This document shows positions 9,221 through 20,342 of a DNA stretch of 64,000 nt, piece after piece. The notes beneath the pieces are model-generated. The model was not told the DNA's origin and searched no databases. It saw only the letters and a program-made list of their open reading frames with translations. The first letter of the stretch is position 1. Every line of letters begins with the position of its first letter. A program made the translations under genes and the position numbers. This stretch comes from Anaerolineae bacterium (GTDB lineage Bacteria > Chloroflexota > Anaerolineae > UBA1429): assembly GCA_963675785.1 (NCBI GenBank), contig OY776562.1, positions 416,001 through 480,000 on the forward strand. Direction: 5' to 3'.

Positions 9221-10594
9221 TTACTTGACCACATACAGCACGCCGCGTTCACTGCCGATGCGCAGCAACAAACCTTGCTCTACCATTGTTTCGAGATCGT
9301 TTACCCGTTCGCTTTCTGAGGTTTGCGGGCATAATTGGCGGTACTGGCGTTGCGAGAGGCGCCCGTGCTCGCTGATATAGCGCATGGCCAAGAGTTGTCG
9401 ATCGTTGAGAATGCCCTCGTAATCCGCTTGAACTTGTTGTACCTCGTTGCGCAAGATGATAGAAAAGGAACGTCGCGTATCATGTAGTTCGGGGTCGGGG
9501 TGGTGGTCTCGGCGCATGGCATCATAAATGATGTCGATGCCTTGCCCCAATTCTTCAATATACCCCCAATAATAAAGCCCGCGCACCAATCTTGGGTTGC
9601 GCGAATAGTGTTCATCCAGGATGTTATCCAGCGTGATATGGCCGGGCAGGCCGCCGGGCGACATGATCTCCATGCGATCATCAAAGAGGCGTATCTCGAT
9701 GCGCTGCCCACTGACGGCGTAATCGCGATGGCAAATGGCATTGACGACAGCCTCGCGCACAGCCTCGATGGGGTAGGCATAGTTCTCGCGTCTCTCCAGC
9801 CCATCCATAACCGGCTGGTGCTGCATCTCATCCAGCAGCACGCTCCAGGTGTTCTCAACAACCCTGGCTGCGGGGCCAATAATCTCTACTCGGCGTGAAT
9901 AGCGCTCACTAGAGGAAGCAGCTTCTCTGATACTTGTGCCGCGAAAGCGGATGATGACAACACCAACCTGGGGCATAAAAAACTGCGGGTGTTTGGCAAA
10001 CAGCAGGATGCCTGCACGCGTGGGATTACCATTTTGATCGATGGCGCCGGCATCACGCAAAAGCTCGCTTCGAGTGAATACCTCTCCCCGAGGGCCGCGC
10101 GCCACTCTGTTTCGTTCGTATTCGGCAATAATCTCTTCGTCCAGATCATCCAATGTAGCACCGGCAACGGAGGCCTCTTCAAAGCTGTCGTCGCTAACGT
10201 TGGTGGCGGGCACCAGCTTCTCGGGGGATAGAGGAATGTTGAGCATGCCGGTTCGAACATAGATCTTGTTCTCGACAGAGCGTTTTTGCAGGCCGCCGTA
10301 AGGCACACGTACGACCACAATCTGTCCGTCCGGCACATCCTGTACGTTCCATTCGGGTAGATTATCGACGCGGAAAGGAGGCCTACAGAGATCCAGAGCA
10401 CGCAAAAAGAGGGGCTCTAGAAAATCGGCCGAGTCATAACCGACTCGGCCTTCTGTGCCCATGCCAAGAATAATAGTTCCGCCTGCCGTGTTGGCAAAAG
10501 CGGTGAGCTGCACTGCAAGTTCGCTGGCGGAAGGGTCCTCCATAAAGGTGATATTCTGGCTTGGCCCCTGCAGCAGCAGTGATCGAACGCTCAT
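9221..10594 (-). CDS. AlbA_2 (Schlafen-like) + HATPase_c_4 + winged-HTH protein (putative transcriptional regulator)
   Basis: AFANTAGGTIILG (AlbA_2), REAVVNAICHRDY, SPGGLP, SRNP, EELGQGI, C-terminal wHTH. Confidence 0.85.
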   Translation of the reverse strand: MSVRSLLLQGPSQNITFMEDPSASELAVQLTAFANTAGGTIILGMGTEGRVGYDSADFLEPLFLRALDLCRPPFRVDNLPEWNVQDVPDGQIVVVRVPYGGLQKRSVENKIYVRTGMLNIPLSPEKLVPATNVSDDSFEEASVAGATLDDLDEEIIAEYERNRVARGPRGEVFTRSELLRDAGAIDQNGNPTRAGILLFAKHPQFFMPQVGVVIIRFRGTSIREAASSSERYSRRVEIIGPAARVVENTWSVLLDEMQHQPVMDGLERRENYAYPIEAVREAVVNAICHRDYAVSGQRIEIRLFDDRMEIMSPGGLPGHITLDNILDEHYSRNPRLVRGLYYWGYIEELGQGIDIIYDAMRRDHHPDPELHDTRRSFSIILRNEVQQVQADYEGILNDRQLLAMRYISEHGRLSQRQYRQLCPQTSESERVNDLETMVEQGLLLRIGSERGVLYVVK

Positions 10595-10695
10595 GCTCGC
10601 TTCCTTGTGCTCACGCACGCCCTTTTGTGCTCACGCACGCCTTTTTGTGCTAACGCACGCCTTTTTGTGCTCACGCACGCTTTTTTGTGCTAACG
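10589..10695. repeat. 20-bp tandem repeat, about 5.3 copies
   Basis: Units GCT(C/A)ACGCACGC(C/T)(C/T)TTTTGT at 10609, 10629, 10649, 10669, a partial unit at 10689 and a degenerate unit at 10589. Confidence 0.95.
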
Positions 10696-11190
10696 GATGA
10701 TGGGGAACGGGTATACGACCTTCCAAGTCCCATCCTCTTTGATCAACTTGAGGAGTAGCTCACCTTGGGTCGTCGAAGAGGAACTGCTGCTGATCAGCAC
10801 CGAAAAATAGCGCAGGTCCTGATCTTTTTCCAGTGTTACGATCTCATAGTCGCCCAAGTTGAGCGTGTGCTCGTTAGTCGTCAATTCAAAGTGGTCGCGC
10901 AACTCGGATTGAGTGACTTCACGGCCGTAAATATCGACAAGCTGGCTTTGAGCTGTCAGGGTATAGACCTCGGTAAAGCTATTTCTGGCCAGAGCATCGA
11001 GATAGAGATCAACGGTTTTTTCGGGAGTGTTCACCGTATTATCGGTATAAAAACCGATGAGCATATCGACACCCATGTAGAGAATTACGGCAAGTACGAG
11101 CACACTCACAATTTGTATGCCCCGGCCAACCTGACCGAATCGGTGCCCCCAACGATCTTCCAAGGAATCTGATTCTGGTTCTTTTGCCAT
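10690..11190 (-). CDS. Hypothetical single-TM protein with NTF2-like extracellular domain
   Basis: One N-terminal TM, TPEKTVxxYL..., C-terminal LIKEDGTWKV. Confidence 0.65.
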   Translation of the reverse strand: MAKEPESDSLEDRWGHRFGQVGRGIQIVSVLVLAVILYMGVDMLIGFYTDNTVNTPEKTVDLYLDALARNSFTEVYTLTAQSQLVDIYGREVTQSELRDHFELTTNEHTLNLGDYEIVTLEKDQDLRYFSVLISSSSSSTTQGELLLKLIKEDGTWKVVYPFPIIR

Positions 11191-11212
11191 GGTGGTATTA
11201 GTCTCCGCTATT

Positions 11213-13849
11213 CTAGCTCTTGCGTCTTGGTGGTTTGCGTTGAACCGTGCGGCGTGTCCTCTTTTGAGGGCCTGTTTCCTCGCTCACTTCGGGCGTGTCG
11301 GGGCTCTTTTTTGTGGGTTTAGGGGTCGCAGTCGTTTTCTTGGGCTTGCTTGGCTCCGCAGTTGTTTTCTTGGTACTGCTTGGCTCTGCTGCCGCAATGC
11401 CATAGAGCGGTACAATATGGGTCAAAGCATCGTCTTTGGGGTCGAGATCAAAGATGGCCCCGCTGCGTGTGCGCGTGACGATTCGTCCCCAGCTTCCTCT
11501 GGCTGCCGAGGGGATGTCGGTAAAGGCGATTCGACTGATTTTGCCGCCACGAGTGCCAAGCATCAAATCGGGTGCATCATCAACCGCTATGGCTGTTGTG
11601 ATCGGACCAGTCAATTCGGATTTCGCCGTATCCACGCTGTTCAACCCAACACCGCCACGACCCTGAGTGCTAAACTCTTGAGCAGATGTCCTGCGCCCAA
11701 AGCCCGTTGCAGTGCCCAGAATGAGAGTCTGTTTATCATTGATTATTGTGGCCGCTATGACAATATCGTCTTCGACCAGAGAAATGGCCTTGATGCCTCC
11801 GCCAGACTTACCCTGTGGCCGTACCGAGTCCTCAGTAAAGCGAATGGCTTTGCCGCCTGCCGTAACGACCATCAAATCCTCATCGCCCTTGGTAAGGAAG
11901 GCACCAACGAGAGCATCTCCGGCTGAGAGGCGAATGATGGATTCTCCCGATGAGGGAATGCCCTGCATCTGCTCCATCTCTAGTCTCTTAACCTTGCCGT
12001 TTCTTGTCAACAGAGAGACAAAGATCTCGGCACTGGTGCTTTCAGTGTGGTCAATCGCGACGACATGTTCGTCATCTTCCAGGCGTACAAGTTTGCCTGT
12101 TTGGATGCGGTTGATTGGCAACTGGTGTCCCTGGAGCGTAAGAGCCCGACCCTTGTTGGTGAAAAAGTAGACGGTCTCACGCGAGTTGATTTGCTGCATG
12201 ATGAACAGCGGATCTCCCGCTTCTGCAGCCATATCGGGGTATCGTTTGCGGCTCTGTACCGACTTTTCATATTGTTCAAGCGGAACTGCCAGCAACCCCC
12301 CATCACGGCTGAGGCTCACACAATAATCCTCATCGGCAACGAGATCATCCAAAGAAAGGTTCTCATTTGAGACACCATCTACAATGCTTGTGCGTCTTGC
12401 ATCGCCATAATCGGCCTTGAGCTGGTTCAGATCATCTCTGATGACGCCGCGGATCGCCTTGGGGCTAGCCAAGAGCTTTTCGAGTTCTTTGATCCGCGAT
12501 TGCAGTTCCTTGTACTCTTGTTCTATCTTGAGGCGTTCGAGAGCCGCCAGGCGCCGCAACTGCATATCCAAAATGGCCCGGGCCTGTATCTCAGTCAATT
12601 TGAACTTGCGGCATAGATTGGTCAGGGCCGTATCCGCGTTTTGCGAATGACGGATGGTATGGATAACCTCATCCAGATTGTCCAGGGCGATGAGTAGACC
12701 TTCCAGCACGTGAGCACGCTCACGTGCATGGGCCAATTCGTACTCACTGCGGCGGCGGATGACCTCTTGCCGGTGCTGAATATAGTGTACGAGAATGCGT
12801 TTTAATGAGAGAACTTGGGGCTCCCCATCGACCAGGGCCAGCATGTTGGCCCCAAATGTGGTCTGCATCTGAGTCTTTTTGAGCAGGAGCTGAAGCACCT
12901 CGACGGCCTCGACGTTGCGCTTGAGTTCGATGACGACGCGGATGCCAGTTCGGTCTGTCTCGTCCCGCAGATCGGCAATGCCTTCAAGTGAGCCTTCGCG
13001 AACGAGGGTGGCAATGCGCTCTACCAGCGTGGATTTGTTGACCAGATAGGGAAGCTCTGTGATGATGATAGCTGTGCGATTGCTCCCCAGGTCTTCGACA
13101 TGGGCCCGAGCGCGTACGATGATACGCCCTTTGCCCGTGGCATACGCCTGGCGGATGCCCTCTGTGCCCAGAATTGATCCGCCGGTTGGAAAGTCTGGTC
13201 CCTGAATGAATTTCATCAAGTGGTCGAGGGTAATATCATCTAACTTGTCATAATGATCAATAATATAACTAATAGCATCAACCAACTCACTCAAGTTATG
13301 GGGCGGGATGTTTGTGGCCATGCCAACGGCGATGCCGCCTACGCCATTCAACAGCAGGCAGGGCAACATACCGGTCAGAACTGTGGGTTCCTGCAGAGAG
13401 CCGTCAAAGTTATCGATCATGTCAACGGTGTCTTTGTGCAGGTCTGTCAACATCTGTTCGCCCAGCTTGGAGAGGCGAGCTTCGGTATAACGCATGGCGG
13501 CCTGGCTGTCACCGTCGATAGAGCCAAAGTTACCCTGACCTTCGACGAGAGGATAGCGCATGGAGAAATCCTGCGCCATTCTGACCATGGCATCATAGAC
13601 AGCGGTATCGCCGTGGGGGTGATACTTGCCCAGTACTTCACCCACAATGCGGGCGCTTTTGCGTGTTGGCTGGTCGCTTCGAATACCCATGACATCCATG
13701 GCATAGAGGATACGGCGTTGCACGGGCTTGAGGCCATCGCGCACGTCGGGCAGAGCACGCGCAGTAATAACGCTCATAGCGTACGAAAGGTACGACGAGC
13801 GCAGTTTTTCATCAATATCTACCCGCTCAAACTGGGGTTGCTCTTCCAT
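11213..13849 (-). CDS. gyrA: DNA gyrase/topoisomerase IV subunit A (atypical C-terminal domain)
   Basis: [39 protein letters not shown]; start ATG 13849 with a GGAG SD; may be a ParC-like paralog. Confidence 0.9.
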   Translation of the reverse strand: MEEQPQFERVDIDEKLRSSYLSYAMSVITARALPDVRDGLKPVQRRILYAMDVMGIRSDQPTRKSARIVGEVLGKYHPHGDTAVYDAMVRMAQDFSMRYPLVEGQGNFGSIDGDSQAAMRYTEARLSKLGEQMLTDLHKDTVDMIDNFDGSLQEPTVLTGMLPCLLLNGVGGIAVGMATNIPPHNLSELVDAISYIIDHYDKLDDITLDHLMKFIQGPDFPTGGSILGTEGIRQAYATGKGRIIVRARAHVEDLGSNRTAIIITELPYLVNKSTLVERIATLVREGSLEGIADLRDETDRTGIRVVIELKRNVEAVEVLQLLLKKTQMQTTFGANMLALVDGEPQVLSLKRILVHYIQHRQEVIRRRSEYELAHARERAHVLEGLLIALDNLDEVIHTIRHSQNADTALTNLCRKFKLTEIQARAILDMQLRRLAALERLKIEQEYKELQSRIKELEKLLASPKAIRGVIRDDLNQLKADYGDARRTSIVDGVSNENLSLDDLVADEDYCVSLSRDGGLLAVPLEQYEKSVQSRKRYPDMAAEAGDPLFIMQQINSRETVYFFTNKGRALTLQGHQLPINRIQTGKLVRLEDDEHVVAIDHTESTSAEIFVSLLTRNGKVKRLEMEQMQGIPSSGESIIRLSAGDALVGAFLTKGDEDLMVVTAGGKAIRFTEDSVRPQGKSGGGIKAISLVEDDIVIAATIINDKQTLILGTATGFGRRTSAQEFSTQGRGGVGLNSVDTAKSELTGPITTAIAVDDAPDLMLGTRGGKISRIAFTDIPSAARGSWGRIVTRTRSGAIFDLDPKDDALTHIVPLYGIAAAEPSSTKKTTAEPSKPKKTTATPKPTKKSPDTPEVSEETGPQKRTRRTVQRKPPRRKS
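11327..11386. repeat. 30-bp tandem duplication encoding part of the basic GyrA tail (EPSxxKKTTA x2)
   Basis: CGCAGTCGTTTTCTTGGGCTTGCTTGGCTC / CGCAGTTGTTTTCTTGGTACTGCTTGGCTC. Confidence 0.8.
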
Positions 13850-13895
13850 ATACACTCCAAGGGGATACTGGCCCAAGGCCAGATGGGTTTGGGGG

Positions 13896-14819
13896 TTATA
13901 ATAGCGGGCGTCCGATGAGGCCCGGGTAAAGCTCTATTTCGGCCAGATGTGATGCAACTTGAGCCGGAAGGAAGCATCCATCTTCGGTGAGTACCATATC
14001 GGCGGCCTCCAAGGGAACGATGCTTTCAATCGGACTAACCGCTTTGACAGTGTCTGTATCTACCATCACGCTGGCAGGGTTTCCCCTGGCAAGTAATCTT
14101 TCCAGAGGGAATTCATCGGGTATTGCGCGAAGGGTTGTTCCTAGGATACAGGTTGGAACTCCCAGTTCGCGGGCCTGATTCAACAGGGCATGCGTGCCCA
14201 CCCGACTGAGGAACCCTTCTGCAGATATTGCTGCGGTGCCGATGGTTATAACAGTGGCCCGTGGCAAAAACTCAAAGAGAGCCATATCTGTAGTGATACT
14301 AACGGGTGCATCGACGCTGGCCAGGTCGAGCACGGCAAGGTGTCCCTCAAGATCGGGGCGACCTTCACCGCAGATAAACGAAACTTGAGGATTCGCCTTG
14401 GCAATTGAGACAAGCGCTCTTCGGTGAATGGGCGTATAGGAATATGCCAGAATTGTCTCTTCGCTTGCCAGGGCACTGACGGCTTGATGCGTCAAAGCAT
14501 CTTCGGCCAGCATAATTTCCCCAGCCCACTGCTGCAAGCCGTCAAGGAACTGCAAATTCATCTCTTCGGCAGAAAGACCATCGAGGGACCAAAGGATGCG
14601 GTTGAACAAGCCGATGAGGCGGGCACAAACAGGGTGAGTGCCAAGAACACGACGCACTACCGACAGCAGCCATTTTTGATACGAACTGGCACTCTGGGGT
14701 GCATAATCGCTTACGGCATCCAGTACAATTTGCAGTGTCTGTTGTTCGATAAAATCAGCACTGCTTTCTGATCCTGTATCTAGCTCCTCGAGACGGTTCT
14801 CCCAGTTGATCCTGGACAT
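13896..14819 (-). CDS. eIF-2B / ribose-1,5-bisphosphate isomerase family protein (degenerate motifs)
   Basis: [26 protein letters not shown] match the IF-2B fold. Confidence 0.7.
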   Translation of the reverse strand: MSRINWENRLEELDTGSESSADFIEQQTLQIVLDAVSDYAPQSASSYQKWLLSVVRRVLGTHPVCARLIGLFNRILWSLDGLSAEEMNLQFLDGLQQWAGEIMLAEDALTHQAVSALASEETILAYSYTPIHRRALVSIAKANPQVSFICGEGRPDLEGHLAVLDLASVDAPVSITTDMALFEFLPRATVITIGTAAISAEGFLSRVGTHALLNQARELGVPTCILGTTLRAIPDEFPLERLLARGNPASVMVDTDTVKAVSPIESIVPLEAADMVLTEDGCFLPAQVASHLAEIELYPGLIGRPLL

Positions 14820-14911
14820 GTGAGCCCCTTGCCTGGTTTCTCTTATCCCTGTTGGTGATTATAGCTTTGGGTTCGGAGAGAGGCAACTGGCACTAGAGTT
14901 GACCAGGCGAT

Positions 14912-15808
14912 CTATAGGGACATTTGCAGCAATTCATCAACGCGATAGGCGTTTGTCCAGGCTGTCTCACCCTTTTCGTCTTGACATTCGATGCGCAAGT
15001 AACGCTGTTTCTCTTTGATCAATATTTCGGCCCGATCGATCAACCCCGATTCTGCTCGAACCCTCGCGCCTTGGTTATCGACACCATAAAAGGTAATGTA
15101 TCGGCAGGGGCTGCATTTGACGGAAAGAAACCGCCCCTCCTCTCGCTGATGAATAGCGGCATCCATGATGCGTGGGCCGGTGCTGCAATAAAACTGGCCA
15201 GCCTTGAGCGCTTCCAAGATTTGGCCTTCTTCAAGCGAGGCAGAACGAACCATGACATAGCCTCGGCCGTGGTAGGGTTTCTTCCAATGTGTATCGTCCA
15301 CGGCGATTGCAGTCAGATTGGCGCCAGCCGTCAGGGCTTCATCCCATTGCACGTTCGAATAGCCCAGATTGCGGCCGTAATCACAATCGCTGTTGAAAAC
15401 TTCAACTCCATAAATATCAGGCGCATCCAGAATTTGTTGTGAAGTTTGCCCGCACCAGTAGGGATGAGCAAAAAAGCCCATGCCGCCTTGATGCTTAACC
15501 CAACGCGCCAGGTCGGCTGCGCTAGCGGCCAATTCTCGATCAGGAGTGTGATCTACACCCAGTACCAGCATATGGTAACCAGGGCCATCCAGTTCGACGC
15601 CAGTGATGGTGATAAAGCGGTCGGGGTGGATAATTTGCCCGGACGTAGAAACCCAGTGGTCAGAGAGGGCAATGAAATCATAGCCCTTTTCGTAATACCA
15701 TTCACAAGCTTGTGCTGGTGAATATGCGCCATCGGATTGAGTCGAGTGGGTGTGAAGATTGCCCTTGAACCATTGACCGGATCCTGCAAAAGGGGCGAGT
15801 TGTTTCAT
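14912..15808 (-). CDS. PHP-domain (CehA/McbA-like) metallohydrolase
   Basis: KGNLHTHSTQSDG, LSDH, AHPYW, EVFN, VDDTH. Confidence 0.85.
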   Translation of the reverse strand: MKQLAPFAGSGQWFKGNLHTHSTQSDGAYSPAQACEWYYEKGYDFIALSDHWVSTSGQIIHPDRFITITGVELDGPGYHMLVLGVDHTPDRELAASAADLARWVKHQGGMGFFAHPYWCGQTSQQILDAPDIYGVEVFNSDCDYGRNLGYSNVQWDEALTAGANLTAIAVDDTHWKKPYHGRGYVMVRSASLEEGQILEALKAGQFYCSTGPRIMDAAIHQREEGRFLSVKCSPCRYITFYGVDNQGARVRAESGLIDRAEILIKEKQRYLRIECQDEKGETAWTNAYRVDELLQMSL

Positions 15809-15868
15809 AAGGGCGTGTTCTCCCATGTGGGCCAATCTGTTATGGAAAGACTGGCCGATCTAGGTTGT

Positions 15869-16504
15869 TTAGGCAGAAATTCCCGCTTCGTCGGTTTTGC
15901 TCTTGGCGCGTTTAAGCCGAAACAACTCTTCGCGTTCTTTTTCCTCGAGCGTATCTTCGATATAAGTGAGCGTCTCTTGGTAAGAGGGGATGAAAACGTG
16001 CTCCAGAGCGTTAACTCGCCGCTGTGTACGGCGTAGTTCAAAAGCGAGGCGCCAAATTGTGGTAACCACTTCGGCATGTTCGCGCATAAGCTCAAGCGCC
16101 TTGAGCCATTCCTGACGGGCCTGATCCACAGTGATGCTGGTATCGCCAAAACCATAGGCCAGTGTGTTTTCTGGCAAATCGCAACGAACTGTAGGGACGG
16201 GTACGCCCATAATGCTTCGGGGGGTGATTCTGATGTTAGGTTCCGTGCTGCGCATCAAGGCAATGTGCTCCAATTGCTCGGTTCCAGAAAAGGCGCGAGC
16301 CTGTTCCAACATTTTGTAAGCACGCCCAAATTGCTCATCCACTTGTTTTTGAATCACGCCAGCTTTTTCAATACGATTAATAATCTCCATCATCAGCACA
16401 TCCCGTTTGCGATCAAGCAGCGAAAAGCCCTGCTGTGCAAGGTCCAAGCGCTGTTTGATGGAGATTAGGTTGCTGCGCGTCGGCGGAATTTGCAGACGGG
16501 CCAT
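15869..16504 (-). CDS. atpD: V/A-type ATP synthase subunit D
   Basis: PTRSNL, LLDRKR, TQRRVNALE, LEEKEREE. Confidence 0.95.
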   Translation of the reverse strand: MARLQIPPTRSNLISIKQRLDLAQQGFSLLDRKRDVLMMEIINRIEKAGVIQKQVDEQFGRAYKMLEQARAFSGTEQLEHIALMRSTEPNIRITPRSIMGVPVPTVRCDLPENTLAYGFGDTSITVDQARQEWLKALELMREHAEVVTTIWRLAFELRRTQRRVNALEHVFIPSYQETLTYIEDTLEEKEREELFRLKRAKSKTDEAGISA

Positions 16505-16506
16505 GT

Positions 16507-17916
16507 CTACTCAACCTTTCTATAGTAGGTGGCCAGTTCTTGATCCGACACACGCGTCAGTTCAGAATCGGGTAGTGTGTTCAGGGCACGCCAACCAAGG
16601 TTGAGTGTTTCGTCAATAGAGCGGGACTCGTCTTGCCCTTGGTGGACAAAGTGATTTTCAAAAAAGTCACCAAAGTCGAGATAGAGACGGTCGGTATCTG
16701 AAAGCTCTTCTTCGCCAATAACAGCAGCCAAAGAACGCACTTCTTGTACATGCGCGTACGAGGCATAGAGCTGGTTGGCAAGATGTGGGTGATCTGGACG
16801 AGTAAATCCTTCGCCAATACCGTCTTTCATCAAACGTGACAACGATGGTAGCACGTTGATGCAAGGATATACGCCCTTGCGGAAGAGCTCACGGCTGATC
16901 ACGATCTGCCCCTCAGTGATAAAGCCCGTCATGTCCGGGATGGGGTGACTGATGTCATCATTCGGCATGGACAAGATGGGCACCTGGGTGATGGAACCCT
17001 TGCTACCCTGCAGAATGCCGGTTCTTTCGTACAATGAAGCAAGGTCGCTATACAGGTATCCGGGATAACCTTTGCGGCTGGGGATTTCACCACGCTGGCT
17101 GCCCAACTCGCGCAGGGCCTCACCATAGTTGGTCATGTCTGTCATGATGACCAAAACGTGCATATCTTGCTCAAACGCCAGGAATTCGGCCAGGGTAAGC
17201 GCCGCACGTGGCGTAATGATACGCTCCATGGGGGGGTCGTCTGCCAGGTTTAGGAACATGGCAGTGTTAGCCAGCGCACCGCTCTCGTCAAAGCTGTTGC
17301 GAAAGAACTCGGCATCATCATGCTTGACGCCCATGGCAACAAACACAACAGCAAAGTCCTCGTCTGAATCCATCAGGTGGGCCTGTCGGGAAATCTGGGC
17401 GGCCAGTTCGTTGTGGGGCAGACCGCTACCGGAAAAGATGGGCAGCTTTTGCCCGCGAATGAGGGTGTTCATGCCGTCAATAGCCGATACACCGGTGACG
17501 ATAATGTCACGCGGGTAGGCGCGCCGTGTCGGATTGATGGGTACACCGTTGACATCGCGGTGTGCCTGGGCAAGCGGTGCAGCTATGCCGTCCAGGGGCT
17601 CGCCCAGCCCGGTGAATACGCGGCCTAGCATACTGGTCGACACTGGGATCTGTAAGGGCTGGCCTGCAAAGCGGACGCTGGTGGTAGTGCGTTCCAGGCC
17701 GCTGGTGCCGCCCCAAACCTCGACGACGGCTCCCTTGGTGCTGGATTGGAGTACATGGCCTCGCCTGAGGCTGCCATCAGCAAGGCGGATCTCTACGGCT
17801 TCATCGTAACCGATACCTGTAACACCTTCGACGACGACAATTGGCCCATAGATCTCGGAGAGACCGCGGTTTCTTCTCGTTACGAGTTTTGGCGTTTGCA
17901 TTTCGCTGACGCTCAT
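16507..17916 (-). CDS. atpB: V/A-type ATP synthase subunit B
   Basis: RGQKLPIFSGSGLPHN, DMTNY, GYPGYLYSDL, HPIPD. Confidence 0.97.
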   Translation of the reverse strand: MSVSEMQTPKLVTRRNRGLSEIYGPIVVVEGVTGIGYDEAVEIRLADGSLRRGHVLQSSTKGAVVEVWGGTSGLERTTTSVRFAGQPLQIPVSTSMLGRVFTGLGEPLDGIAAPLAQAHRDVNGVPINPTRRAYPRDIIVTGVSAIDGMNTLIRGQKLPIFSGSGLPHNELAAQISRQAHLMDSDEDFAVVFVAMGVKHDDAEFFRNSFDESGALANTAMFLNLADDPPMERIITPRAALTLAEFLAFEQDMHVLVIMTDMTNYGEALRELGSQRGEIPSRKGYPGYLYSDLASLYERTGILQGSKGSITQVPILSMPNDDISHPIPDMTGFITEGQIVISRELFRKGVYPCINVLPSLSRLMKDGIGEGFTRPDHPHLANQLYASYAHVQEVRSLAAVIGEEELSDTDRLYLDFGDFFENHFVHQGQDESRSIDETLNLGWRALNTLPDSELTRVSDQELATYYRKVE

Positions 17917-19682
17917 TCTCGATAGTCCTTTTCTATGGCATCGAGCTGTTCATCCATGGCGGCTCGAATTGTCTTGAATGTATCTTGATCTTCATTCTTG
18001 ACGGTTGACTTGGCGCGAATGATTTGCGGCCATACGCTTACCTGGTTCTCAAGGCGATATGAAGGAGCCCCCATCTCAATGATATGGCCTCCTCGTTTGT
18101 AGGCATGGGCGACAAGTTCCAGGATAGCTCGCTGCTTTTCAGGTGTTGTGTAGCCGTCGATTTCGTCCATGGCGTTCTGCTGCAAAAATGCTTCTTTGAT
18201 GAGCCGGGCGATAAAGAGCACCAACCGCTGAGAATCGGGCAGTGTATCAGCGCCTACGAGTTTGACAATCTCTTGCAGTTGGGATTCCTCTTGCAGAATG
18301 TCCATCATCAACTGTTGCAGTTCTTGCCAGCGGGGATCACCATGCTGGGCATGCCAGGCCGCAATCACATCAGAATAGCCCGAATAACTGTTGAGCCAGT
18401 TAATGCTGGGAAAGTGGCGGGCTGCTGCCAGTGTTTTATCCAGCGCCCAAAAAGTGCGGATGAATCGCCGGGTGTGCTGTGTAACCGGCTCAGAAAAGTC
18501 GCCGCTGGGGGGCGATACGGCCCCTACGACGGTGATGGAGCCTCGTCTCCCGCAAAGAGATTCGGTAAGGCCGGCACGCTCGTAAAAGCCAGCCAATCGG
18601 GAGGGCAAATAAGCAGGAAAACCCTCTTCAGCGGGCATCTCTTCAAGGCGGCCTGAAACTTCGCGCAAGGCTTCGGCCCAACGCGAGGTCGAATCAGCCA
18701 TCAACGCGACGTGGTATCCCATATCGCGATAGTATTCAGCCAAAGTAATACCGGTATAAATGCTGGCCTCACGTGCTGCCACCGGCATATTGGAGGTATT
18801 AGCAATAAGGATGGTGCGTTCCATCAGTGAATGACCGGTTGCCGGGTCAATCAGCTTGGGGAATTCGGTAAGCACATCCGTCATCTCGTTGCCGCGTTCT
18901 CCGCAGCCAATATAGATGACGATATCGGCATCGGCCCACTTGGCCAACGCGTGCTGCAACACGGTTTTACCGGCGCCAAAACCACCCGGTAGAGCCGCAG
19001 TTCCACCCTTAGCAACGGGGAACAAAGCATCGATAACGCGCTGTCCTGTGATCAAGGGCTCGTCAGGCTGAAAACGCTCGGCAATGGGCCGTTTTACACG
19101 GACTGGCCAGCGCTGCATCATGGTAACGGGTTGTTCAACCTTGCCTTGGGTAATGTGGGCAATGACATCTGTAACAGTATAATCACCTTCAGGCGCTATC
19201 CAGGTTAGTTTGCCATGGATATGCGGTGCAAGCATAACCGAATGCTTGATAAGCGGCGTTTCGGGTACATGCCCCAATAACTCGCCGCCGGTCATGTCAG
19301 TGCCTGTTTGGGCTGCAGGTGCAAAGTGCCACTTTTTCTCGCGATTCAACGACGGGGCGGTCACACCTCTCGCGATAAAATCCCCCGATTGTTTGGCGAG
19401 TTCTTCCAGTGGACGCAGAATGCCATCAAAGATTTGCCCGATCAGGCCAGGGCCTAACTCTGCACTTAACGGAGCACCAGAGCCATAAACTTCATCTCCT
19501 GGCGTAACGCCGCCGGTTTCTTCATATACCTGGATGATGGCTGTTGTGCCACGCACGCCGATAATTTCTCCAATCAGGAGATCTTTACCGACTTGAACTT
19601 GTTCTTCCATCTGGACGGCGCCCGTGATGCTCATACGAACGACAGGGCCGCTAACCCAGCTTACATTTCCTATTGCTTCCAA
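17913..19682 (-). CDS. atpA: V/A-type ATP synthase subunit A
   Basis: [39 protein letters not shown]; TTG start 6 nt after GGAGG. Confidence 0.97.
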   Translation of the reverse strand: MEAIGNVSWVSGPVVRMSITGAVQMEEQVQVGKDLLIGEIIGVRGTTAIIQVYEETGGVTPGDEVYGSGAPLSAELGPGLIGQIFDGILRPLEELAKQSGDFIARGVTAPSLNREKKWHFAPAAQTGTDMTGGELLGHVPETPLIKHSVMLAPHIHGKLTWIAPEGDYTVTDVIAHITQGKVEQPVTMMQRWPVRVKRPIAERFQPDEPLITGQRVIDALFPVAKGGTAALPGGFGAGKTVLQHALAKWADADIVIYIGCGERGNEMTDVLTEFPKLIDPATGHSLMERTILIANTSNMPVAAREASIYTGITLAEYYRDMGYHVALMADSTSRWAEALREVSGRLEEMPAEEGFPAYLPSRLAGFYERAGLTESLCGRRGSITVVGAVSPPSGDFSEPVTQHTRRFIRTFWALDKTLAAARHFPSINWLNSYSGYSDVIAAWHAQHGDPRWQELQQLMMDILQEESQLQEIVKLVGADTLPDSQRLVLFIARLIKEAFLQQNAMDEIDGYTTPEKQRAILELVAHAYKRGGHIIEMGAPSYRLENQVSVWPQIIRAKSTVKNEDQDTFKTIRAAMDEQLDAIEKDYRE

Positions 19683-19709
19683 TGCATACCTCCCGGCGGC
19701 GCTTGGTTA

Positions 19710-20342
19710 TCAGTCTACTGATACCAGTATCTGGCCCACCCTGTCTCTCAAATCCTGTTTGACAAGACGAAGCCGCTCGTCAAACGAGTTATCTACAATG
19801 ACCGTCTCATCATCATTTGTGAGAATGGCGCCGCCCATCATTGCAGCGGGTTCAGTGTTGAGCACGATTTCTTGAACACCATGTTCAAGCCCGATTTTCT
19901 GCCAGGCTTTCAATTGGTCCTCAGTTGCCAAAGGCAGGTCATGCTCAGCAAGCTGCAATCTGGCACGATCTTTGCCAAATTGCTCCAGCGCATCGCGAAT
20001 GAGTGCTGTGAGTACCTCAATACGGTGCGTTTCTGCTGCATCTTTAATACCGTCCAATTCGGCTATCGCTTTTTGCCAAATCTGGTCAATGATCTCTTCT
20101 TGGTGGGCGATCAAATGACGGTGGGCATCTAATTTGAGCTGAGCAATAGCCTGTTTTTCGCGCGATTGTATGCCTGCGGCCTGGGCATTGACGGTTTTTC
20201 GCACGTCACCGGCAGCCTGCTTTTCGGCGTCTTTGACACGCTGTTCCGCTTTTGTACGAGCCTCATCAAGAATACCCAGGGCTTTTTCTCGTGCTTCCTG
20301 GTTGATAAAGGCTTCTAGGCCTTTGCCTATGACAGTGTTCAC
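19710..20342 (-). CDS. atpE: V/A-type ATP synthase subunit E
   Basis: Coiled coil, then GG...VDNSFDERL; operon position. Confidence 0.88.
   Translation of the reverse strand: MNTVIGKGLEAFINQEAREKALGILDEARTKAEQRVKDAEKQAAGDVRKTVNAQAAGIQSREKQAIAQLKLDAHRHLIAHQEEIIDQIWQKAIAELDGIKDAAETHRIEVLTALIRDALEQFGKDRARLQLAEHDLPLATEDQLKAWQKIGLEHGVQEIVLNTEPAAMMGGAILTNDDETVIVDNSFDERLRLVKQDLRDRVGQILVSVD

Noticed and set aside
10589-10695. Possible mini CRISPR array
   Set aside because: Units are contiguous with no unique spacers, and there are no cas genes
13590-13625. Thr at the GyrA Ser83-equivalent position as a quinolone-resistance allele
   Set aside because: Thr is a natural wild-type residue at this position in many taxa
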